This document shows, in pieces, positions 16,086 through 23,026 of a stretch of DNA of 32,000 nt. The stretch is from positions 1,260,001-1,292,000 of the forward strand of contig NC_017080.1 of the NCBI RefSeq assembly GCF_000284115.1, given 5' to 3'. The DNA is from Phycisphaera mikurensis NBRC 102666. Its GTDB lineage: Bacteria > Planctomycetota > Phycisphaerae > Phycisphaerales > Phycisphaeraceae. The notes under the pieces were generated by a model, which worked only from the letters and a program-made list of their open reading frames with translations, was not told the origin of the DNA and did no database searches. Every line of letters starts with the position of its first letter. The first letter of the stretch is position 1. The translations under genes and the position numbers were made by a program.

Positions 16086-16131
16086 CCGCGGACCGTAGGC
16101 CGCTTGCGCCTCCCGGGGCGGCGATCCGCGG
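16086..16131. repeat. Palindromic element copy F (19/20 arm match), 5' of tatD
   Basis: Left arm CCGCGGACCG at 16086-16095 and right arm CGATCCGCGG at 16122-16131, with the same 36-nt offset. A separate perfect 7-bp hairpin, CGGCGTC-cgga-GACGCCG, lies at 16071-16088. Confidence 0.65.
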
Positions 16132-16174
16132 GTTCCCGGGCGGCCCGGGCCCGCCGCGGGGCTACAACCTCGCC

Positions 16175-16960
16175 ATGATCGACACCCACTGCCACCTCAC
16201 CTATCCCGGCATCGCCGAGCGTGTCGGCGACGTGGTGGCGGACGCTCGAGCGGCGGGCGTGGACCGGATGGTCTCGATCGGCACGGGGCCGGCGGACTCG
16301 GTCGCGGCCATCCAGGTCGCCCGCCGCTTCCCCGGCGTCGTGTTCGCCACGGCGGGCATCCACCCGCTGCACGCCGGCGAGGTCGGGGACGTCGCCGCCG
16401 CGACCGCGGAGCTGCGGCTGCTCTCGGTCGCCGAGGAGGTGGTGGCGCTCGGGGAGATGGGGCTCGACGCGCACCACGACCGGCCGCCGATGGCGGTGCA
16501 GCGGGCCGCCTTCGCGGCGCAGCTGACTCTCGCGGAAGAGACCGCCTTGCCGGTGGTGATCCACAGCCGCGAGGCGATCCCCGAGACGATCGAGATGATC
16601 CGGGCGACGGGCCTCCCCGCGGACCGCTTCCTCTTCCACTGCTTCAGCGGGACGGTCCGCGACCTCGACGCGATCCTCGCTTTTGGCGCGGGGATTGGTT
16701 TCACGGGCATCGTCACCTTCCCCGGCGCGGCGGCGGTCGCCGAAGCGAGCGACCGCGTGCCCCTCGACCGGCTCTTCCTCGAGACCGACAGCCCGTACCT
16801 CACGCCCGCCCCGCACCGCAAGGTGCGCATCAACGAGCCGAAGTACGTGCCGCGGGTCGCCGCGCTGCTCGCCGGGCGGCGGGGATTGGCGGTGGAGGCG
16901 CTGGCGGCGGCGTGCGACCGCAACGCAAGCCGCTTCTACGGCCTGCCCGAGCCGGCTTGA
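16175..16960 (+). CDS. tatD: TatD-family metal-dependent hydrolase/DNase
   Basis: MIDTHCHLTYP, GEMGLDAHH, VVIHSREA, FHCFSGT and LETDSPYLTP motifs. I trimmed track ORF 15971..16960 to the ATG at 16175. Confidence 0.9.
   Translation: MIDTHCHLTYPGIAERVGDVVADARAAGVDRMVSIGTGPADSVAAIQVARRFPGVVFATAGIHPLHAGEVGDVAAATAELRLLSVAEEVVALGEMGLDAHHDRPPMAVQRAAFAAQLTLAEETALPVVIHSREAIPETIEMIRATGLPADRFLFHCFSGTVRDLDAILAFGAGIGFTGIVTFPGAAAVAEASDRVPLDRLFLETDSPYLTPAPHRKVRINEPKYVPRVAALLAGRRGLAVEALAAACDRNASRFYGLPEPA
16617..16662. repeat. Element-like site T (19/20 arm match) inside tatD; status ambiguous
   Basis: CCGCGGACCG at 16617-16626 and CGGTCCGCGA at 16653-16662, with the same 36-nt offset. The spacer encodes the native conserved TatD FLFHCFSG segment. 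Confidence 0.4.
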
Positions 16961-16979
16961 TCCGCGCAGCGTGCCGCGG

Positions 16980-19900
16980 TCACTGCATGCGGAGGATCTC
17001 CGCCTGCCGGTCCCGCCAGGCGCTCTTGCTGGGCTCGAGGTCGATCGCCACCTCGATTGTCCGCAGCGCCTCCTGCACGTTCCCGTTGGCGACCTGCGCC
17101 AGCGCGAGCGTGTCGCGGAAGTCGGCGTTCTCGGGCTCGGCGGCGACGGCTTCCCGGGCGAGCTGCAGGCCGGCGGCGGCGTCGATCGCCGGCCCGTCGT
17201 CGCCGATGAGCACCATGGCCAGGTTGTTCCGCACGGCCTGCGCGTCGGGGTTGAGGTCCAGGGCCCGGCGGTAGGCGGCAACGGCGGTCTGCGGCTCCCC
17301 GAGCGACTCGGCCATCATGCCGGCGGCCGCGTGGACGGGCATCGTCGCGTCGGGCCGCTCGGCCAGCGCGGTCACCAGCCGCAGCGCGACGCGGCCGGCG
17401 TCGGGGGCGTCGCGAGCGGTGACCCCGCCGGCGAGGTGCAGAGCCCACCAGGCGTTGGCGACCCGGAACCGCTCGGAGGGTTCGCTCTCGGGCACGGCGG
17501 CGGTGAGCGTCTCCAGCCAGGCGGAGCGCGCGTCGGCGTCCCGCAGCGAGGGCGTGATGGCCAGTGCGGCGGCACGCCACTGGGGCAGGTCCAGGTGCCC
17601 GCCGAGGAAGTCCGTCGCCTCGCGCGCCCGGCCCGACTCGGCCAGGGCGCGGCCGTAGACCGCGGCGAAATCGGCCATCTGCCCGGGCAGCTCCTCCGCG
17701 AACCTGAGGTAGGGGGCCAACGCGGCCTCGGCCTCGGCGGGCTGCCCCTTGGCGAGGCGGCTGCGGGCGATGAGCAGGTCGGCCGCGAGCGGGTCGCGGG
17801 CGGAGCGACGCCGCCAGTCCATCGCGGAGGCGAGCGCGTCGTCCCACCGCTCCAACGCGAAGAAGGCCAGCGCCCGCGCCTGCGCCGGCGGCACGGCGTT
17901 GGGGTGGGCGATCGCCGCGGCCTCGGCCAGCGCCAGGGCCTCCTCGTTGCGGCCGGCCCGCAGGTGCAGCTGCGCCGCGAGGGTCTGCAGCTCGACGATC
18001 CCGTCGGCGTCGCGGGCCATCTGCCGCAGGCGGGAGAGCTTCTCCACCGGCGGCGCCGCGGTGTCCGCCGCGAGCGTCAACGCCGCGGAGATGGAGGCGC
18101 GGAGGCCGGGGTCGCTCTCGCGGAGCAGGCGCTGCAGGATCGGGCGGAAGGCCGGGTCGCCCGCAAGCGCCCCGACGGCGTCGGCCCGCGCCACCAGGTC
18201 CGCGAGGCCGGGCTCTTCGCCCGCCGCGCCGCCGGCGAGGCCGGCCCGGGCGGCGTCGAGCGCGGCCTCGCCGCGTCCCTGGCCAAGGTTGAAGCCGGCG
18301 AGCCGCGAGGCGGCGCCGGGGTCGCCGGCGGCGACGGCGGCCTCGAACTCCGCGAGCGCTTCGCGCAGCGAGCCGTACCGGGCGGCGTGGTCGGCGAGGA
18401 TCGCGCGGCGGCGGCCGGGCTCGACCCCCGCGCCCTCGAGCCGGTCCAGCACGGCCTGCGCCCGCTCCGGGTCGCCGCTCTCGGCGTAGAAGCCCGCGGC
18501 CCACTGCAGCGACGCGGCGTCGGGCTCGGCGGCGAGCAGCGCCTCCATCGTGCGGGACGCGGCGTCTTCTTGGCCGACCTGGGCGTACAGCTGGCCGAGC
18601 AGCAGCTGCTCGCGCGCCCCCATGGCTCCCTCCGGCCGGTTCTGCAGCCGCTCCAGCAGGCCGATCGCGCGGGCGTAGTCGCCCTGGGCGGCGAGCAGCA
18701 GCGCGGCCGAGCGGGTCTGTGCCGCGTCGAGCCGGTCGGCGGGGCCGTCGGCCACGGCGACGAGATTCGCCAAAGCGGCGGGGAAGTTGCCCACCGCCTG
18801 CTGCAGCCGGGCCACCTCCAGGCGGAGCGAGGGGCTGTCGGACGCCTGCTGCAGCGCGGCTTCGGCGTCGCGCGCAGCTTCCAGCGTGCGGCCCTGCCGC
18901 TCGTGGGCCCGGGCCCGCAGGAGCAGGGCCTCCGCGTCGTCGCGGGCGCGGCTGAGCACCTCGTCGAGGAGCTTCTCGGCCTCCGCCGCGGCCGCGTCAT
19001 CGGCCGGGCTTCCGCCCGCCCCGGCCCCCGCCTCGGCCCCGGGCCCGTCGAGCAGCCACCGCGCGCGGGCCATCCGCCACTGCAGGTTCTCGCTGCCCGC
19101 GAGCGAGCGGACCCGCTCGATGACGCGGTCGCTCAGCTCCCGGTCGGCGAGCACCAGCGGCGACGCGAGCACCCGACGCTGCACCTCCAGCACCGAGGGG
19201 AAAGCCTCCGAGGTGGCGGCCCAGGCCTCGCGTGCGCCGGGGTCGTCGATGAGCTGGAGGTAGGTGGCCTCGAGCAGGCGCCAGGAGGGGTCGTCGGCGA
19301 CGACCCGCGGGCGGATGAGCGCCAAGCCGGCGTCGGGCTGCCCCTCGGCGGCGAGCCGCGCGGCGCGGGCGTAGATCAGCTCGGGCCGATCGCCGTAGGC
19401 CTCGTTGAGCCGATCCAGCACGAGCGTGTCGGTGTCGAGGCCGGCGGCTTGGCCGACGCGGGCCAGCTCCAGCAGGCTCGCCGGCGGCAGCGGCGGGTCG
19501 CGGCGGACCGCCCGCTCGATCGCGGCCCGGGCGGCTTGGTCGTCCCCGCGTTGGGCGAGCGTGGCGGCCTCGAGCACCACCAGCCGCGGCTCGTCGGGCA
19601 CCTGCTCGAGCAGCTTCGCGGTGAGGTCCAGCGTCTGCTGCTCCCGGCCCGGCAGCCGGGCCATCGCCTCGGCCTTGAGCACCAGCGGCTCGAGCAGGTC
19701 GGTGCGGCGGAGGTACGCCCCGGTCGCCTCGGCCTCGGCCTCGGCCGGGCGATCGAGCTCGAGCAGGGCTCGCGCGGCGAGCACGCGCGGGGCGGCCCAG
19801 GCGTTGCGGGCTTCGGCGGCGGCGCGGTGCTGGGTCAGCGCCGCGGCGAAGTCGTCGACCTCGGCGTGGCAGCGGCCCATGATGGCGAGCAGGTAGGGGT

Positions 19901-21083
19901 GCGCGAGCCCGTTGTCGACCGACTCGGCGGCGGCCTCGAGGACGCGCGGGGCCAGGCGGGGCTGGGCGTAGAACAGCCGCAGCGGACGCTCCCAGCGGAC
20001 GCCGATGGGGTCGGCGTGGTCCGCGAGCAGGTCGAGCGTCGCCTCCGCCTGGTCCCGGCGGCCCAGCTCCGCGAGGCTCATCGCGCGGATCGCGAGCAGC
20101 TCGGTGGGCGCGTTGCCGTCGAGGCCCCCGAGGCGCGCGGCGACGTCCTCCAGCCGGCCCGCCTCGAACAGGCGTCGGGTCAGCTCCACCCCCGGCCCGT
20201 CCACCGGCGGGAAGCTCGCGGCGTGGGCGGCGACGTAGGCGTTCGCGGCGGCGAAGTTGTTGGTCGCGTCGAGCAGGCGCGTGAGCCGGACGGCGAAGCG
20301 GCCGTCGGCGGGCGGCTCGCCGGCGGCCTCTTCGAGCAGCTCGCGGGCGCGGTCGGTGCGGCCCGCCCGCAGCTCGGCAAAGGCGGCGGCCAGCCGCAGG
20401 CCCGGCCGCTGGGCGCGGCTCGCGTCGCCGGCGGCTTCCGCGGCCGCGAGGGCGGCGTCGGCGTCGGCGGCGACCAGCTCGGCGTCCTCGCCCAGCGCGA
20501 GGCGGGCCTGCACGCGCAGCAGCGAGGCCTCCGCGTCGCCGGGCTCCAGCTCCAGCTGCTTCTCCGCGTCCGCGAGCGCGTCGGCGGGGTTGTTCAGCGC
20601 GAGGCGGCGGCTGGCACGCAGCAGCCGGGCCCGCCCGTTCTGCGGGTCGCCATCCAGGACGTCCGTGGCGACCCGCTCGCCCTGCTCCGGGCCGAGGTGC
20701 GTCTCGGCGATCTCCAGGAGCAGGTCGTTGCCGGCTTGGTTCTTCGGGTCGATGGCGCGGAGCCGGACGAGCCACTGCTGCGCCCGCCGCACGTGGGCGG
20801 CTCCCGGCAGCGGGGCCCGGTACGAAGCCTCCGCCGCGGCGAGCAGCGTCTCGGCGTCCGCGTCGGGCCGCGCGTCCACGTAGTCCCCGAGCTTCGCCGC
20901 CGCCACCGGCATGTCGCCCGCCGCGTAAGCGGCCAGGCCCTCCTGCCGCAGCAGCAGCTGGCGGCTCTCGTTGCGGTGCTGCTGGAAGAGGTACAGGCCC
21001 GCAACGCCCGCGGCGAGCACGACGAAGGCCGCGGCGAGCAGGGTGAGGCGTTGGAGGCGGCGTCGGCGGCGGTCGATGGCCAT
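16980..21083 (-). CDS. Giant membrane-anchored TPR-repeat protein (PEP-CTERM-system PrsT-like by context)
   Basis: The ATG at 21083 gives MAIDRRRRRLQRLTLLAAAFVVLAAGVAGLYLF (Arg-rich segment plus TM anchor). This is followed by ~1300 aa of Ala/Leu/Arg-rich helical repeats with TPR-like units (e.g. AVAAYRRALDLNPDAQAVRNNLAMVL). The track ORF starts at TTG 21188. It is downstream of the exosortase and EpsI genes. Confidence 0.75.
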   Translation of the reverse strand: MAIDRRRRRLQRLTLLAAAFVVLAAGVAGLYLFQQHRNESRQLLLRQEGLAAYAAGDMPVAAAKLGDYVDARPDADAETLLAAAEASYRAPLPGAAHVRRAQQWLVRLRAIDPKNQAGNDLLLEIAETHLGPEQGERVATDVLDGDPQNGRARLLRASRRLALNNPADALADAEKQLELEPGDAEASLLRVQARLALGEDAELVAADADAALAAAEAAGDASRAQRPGLRLAAAFAELRAGRTDRARELLEEAAGEPPADGRFAVRLTRLLDATNNFAAANAYVAAHAASFPPVDGPGVELTRRLFEAGRLEDVAARLGGLDGNAPTELLAIRAMSLAELGRRDQAEATLDLLADHADPIGVRWERPLRLFYAQPRLAPRVLEAAAESVDNGLAHPYLLAIMGRCHAEVDDFAAALTQHRAAAEARNAWAAPRVLAARALLELDRPAEAEAEATGAYLRRTDLLEPLVLKAEAMARLPGREQQTLDLTAKLLEQVPDEPRLVVLEAATLAQRGDDQAARAAIERAVRRDPPLPPASLLELARVGQAAGLDTDTLVLDRLNEAYGDRPELIYARAARLAAEGQPDAGLALIRPRVVADDPSWRLLEATYLQLIDDPGAREAWAATSEAFPSVLEVQRRVLASPLVLADRELSDRVIERVRSLAGSENLQWRMARARWLLDGPGAEAGAGAGGSPADDAAAAEAEKLLDEVLSRARDDAEALLLRARAHERQGRTLEAARDAEAALQQASDSPSLRLEVARLQQAVGNFPAALANLVAVADGPADRLDAAQTRSAALLLAAQGDYARAIGLLERLQNRPEGAMGAREQLLLGQLYAQVGQEDAASRTMEALLAAEPDAASLQWAAGFYAESGDPERAQAVLDRLEGAGVEPGRRRAILADHAARYGSLREALAEFEAAVAAGDPGAASRLAGFNLGQGRGEAALDAARAGLAGGAAGEEPGLADLVARADAVGALAGDPAFRPILQRLLRESDPGLRASISAALTLAADTAAPPVEKLSRLRQMARDADGIVELQTLAAQLHLRAGRNEEALALAEAAAIAHPNAVPPAQARALAFFALERWDDALASAMDWRRRSARDPLAADLLIARSRLAKGQPAEAEAALAPYLRFAEELPGQMADFAAVYGRALAESGRAREATDFLGGHLDLPQWRAAALAITPSLRDADARSAWLETLTAAVPESEPSERFRVANAWWALHLAGGVTARDAPDAGRVALRLVTALAERPDATMPVHAAAGMMAESLGEPQTAVAAYRRALDLNPDAQAVRNNLAMVLIGDDGPAIDAAAGLQLAREAVAAEPENADFRDTLALAQVANGNVQEALRTIEVAIDLEPSKSAWRDRQAEILRMQ

Positions 21084-21180
21084 GGCGGTTCGGCGGGGCG
21101 GGGGGTCCCGGCGAGCGGGAGGGGGCGGTCGGGGGAGCGGGCGGAGAACGCGGCACGGCGTGGCGTCGCCCAACGCCGGG

Positions 21181-21957
21181 TCAATCAAGGTCGGCGGGGC
21201 CGGCGGGCTCGGCGGGGACGCCGGAGGCCATCGTCTCGATCAGCGGGGCGTGGGCCGCGAGGAAGTCCAGCTCGAGCCCGCGGCGGAGCTCTTCGGACAT
21301 GCCCTCGGGGGTCAGCACCTGGACCTGGGCGGCGCCGTAGGAGCGGAGGCGGTAGTCGCCGCCGGCGTCGGTCACCTGCGCCATGTCGCGGACCACGCGG
21401 CCGTCGGGCAGCACGAGGAAGTTCGCCACGACGATCCGGTCGCGGCGGCCGTCGGGCCCCTCCTTGGCGAAGCGGTAGCGGCGGCCGGGCAGTTCGCGGC
21501 CGGCCACGGTCCAGCGGGTGTCCTCGGCGGAGACCGGGCTGTAGCCGTTGGCTTCATAGCACACCGGCGGCCAGTGCCCCAGGATGTCGCGGGCGTCGCG
21601 GCACTGCACGACGAGCAGCTGCACCCAGGGGCTCGGCAGCGTCGAGGCGTCCGAGCCTTCCGCCGGGGTGAACGAGCGGGAGAGGATCACGTTGGGCCGC
21701 AGCAGCTCGACCGCCGCGGCGGCGACCTCGGCGTCGCGGCCGGCGTAGCCGGCGACGTCGATGGGCGCCGCGGCGACGGCCGCGGCCACCTCGCGGTGGA
21801 AGGGGTCGGCATCGCCGGCACGGGGCAGCGTGAGGCCCCAGCCCGTCGCCGCCACGAGCATGAGCCCCGAGAGCAGCGGCGGCAGCAGCCGCCCGCGGCT
21901 GCGGGCGGGAGCCGGGGCCGGCTCGGCGGCGTGGGGATCGGCGGGGTCGGGCTTCAT
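21181..21957 (-). CDS. epsI: Exosortase-associated EpsI-family protein
   Basis: 258 aa with an N-terminal TM segment (LLPPLLSGLMLVAATGW). The motif ILGHWPPVCYEANGY matches the EpsI H-x-P-x-x-C...G-W/Y signature. Its ATG lies 1 nt after the exosortase stop. Confidence 0.7.
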   Translation of the reverse strand: MKPDPADPHAAEPAPAPARSRGRLLPPLLSGLMLVAATGWGLTLPRAGDADPFHREVAAAVAAAPIDVAGYAGRDAEVAAAAVELLRPNVILSRSFTPAEGSDASTLPSPWVQLLVVQCRDARDILGHWPPVCYEANGYSPVSAEDTRWTVAGRELPGRRYRFAKEGPDGRRDRIVVANFLVLPDGRVVRDMAQVTDAGGDYRLRSYGAAQVQVLTPEGMSEELRRGLELDFLAAHAPLIETMASGVPAEPAGPADLD

Positions 21958-21958
21958 C

Positions 21959-22858
21959 TCAGGCGGTGGCGAGGTTGGTGCGGGGTGCCATGACCGGCAC
22001 GTCCGCCCACTTCAGCGTGCGGACCAGCATCAGCAGCAGGCAGAAGGCGACGGCGAGCATCGCCCAGCCGGCGAGGTCGTGGAAGAGCCCCGCGGCGACG
22101 TCGGGGTAGTGGCCGTAGAGGATGACGGTGGGCACCACGCGGATGATGTTGGTCAGCACCGCGGCCACCGGGGAGAGCACCAGCAGCATCACCCGGACCG
22201 ACGGCAGCAGCGGCGTGCCGAAAGCGAAGGCGTAGGCGACGAGGACCAAGGCGAACATCATGCGCATGCCGTTGCACGCCTCGGCGACCATCACCGGGTG
22301 CCCGTTGTAGACGAGCATGTTCCCGCTGCGCTCGACGCCGAGGCCCAGCAGCGTGAAGACGAACTCCGCCGCCGCGGCCGTGTACTCCTGCAGCGGCATC
22401 GCCAGCTGCTGCCGGAAGATCCCCGGCACGGGCACGAGAAAGGCGAGCACGAGCACCGCCGGCCAGATCCGCCACAGCAGCGGCCGGCCGGCCACCGTCG
22501 TGATCGCGCCGAGCAGGCAGAGCACCGCGCCCCCGTGCCACGCGACCTGCAGGTTGGTCGCGCCGCCCCAGAGATGCACCGCCAGCCCCGCGGCGATCAC
22601 CGCCGGCCCGGCGAAGTCGTAGGCCGGTCGGGTCCGCTGGATGGCCGTCCAGCGGACGTGGCACAGCCAGCCGATGACGAACGGGACCAGCAGCACCTGG
22701 CTGGCTTCCTCGTCGCGCACGGCGATGTAGAGGATGTCGGCGAAGGCCCGGTAACACGCGGTCACCGCGAGCCCAACCAGCGTCAAGCCCACCGCGCAGC
22801 GTCGGAGGGTCCAGGCACCGCGATCGGCGGGGGCGTTCTGGAGGCGGGGGAGCGGCAC
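21959..22858 (-). CDS. Exosortase-family transpeptidase
   Basis: Polytopic membrane protein with a catalytic-triad-like layout: Cys in VAEACNGMRMM, Arg in LTNIIRVVP and His in LFHDLAGW. GTG start. Confidence 0.8.
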   Translation of the reverse strand: MPLPRLQNAPADRGAWTLRRCAVGLTLVGLAVTACYRAFADILYIAVRDEEASQVLLVPFVIGWLCHVRWTAIQRTRPAYDFAGPAVIAAGLAVHLWGGATNLQVAWHGGAVLCLLGAITTVAGRPLLWRIWPAVLVLAFLVPVPGIFRQQLAMPLQEYTAAAAEFVFTLLGLGVERSGNMLVYNGHPVMVAEACNGMRMMFALVLVAYAFAFGTPLLPSVRVMLLVLSPVAAVLTNIIRVVPTVILYGHYPDVAAGLFHDLAGWAMLAVAFCLLLMLVRTLKWADVPVMAPRTNLATA

Positions 22859-22909
22859 GGGCCTCTCCTATCGGTCAGCGGGGCCCGCGGTTCGAACGAA
22901 GAGCCAAAT

Positions 22910-22955
22910 CCGCGGACCGCCGCGCTGCGGGCCGCTGCGGCGCGACGGTCCGCGG
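22910..22955. repeat. Palindromic element copy D, in the divergent exosortase/ileS intergenic region
   Basis: Perfect arms at 22910-22919 and 22946-22955. Two extra CCGCGG sites lie nearby, at about 22885 and 22968. Confidence 0.85.
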
Positions 22956-23026
22956 CGCGATCGGGGGCCGCGGGCGTGCCGCTTGGGCCGGTGCGGCGGG
23001 GGGGCGGCAGCCTCTACGCTGCGCCG

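Noticed and set aside
16966-16986. Weak hairpin in the 19-nt gap between the convergent tatD and TPR stops
   Set aside because: The stem is 6 bp with a 2-nt bulge and overlaps the TPR stop codon. It is not convincing as a terminator.
16683-21671. 1662-aa + strand ORF antisense to the TPR and EpsI genes
   Set aside because: It has a low-complexity Gly/Arg/Ala composition. The minus-strand frame has a coherent TM anchor plus TPR-like repeats and operon context.
22889-22896. GGTTCGAA T-loop-like sequence, suggesting a tRNA upstream of ileS
   Set aside because: The flanking bases cannot form a T-stem or an acceptor stem on either strand.
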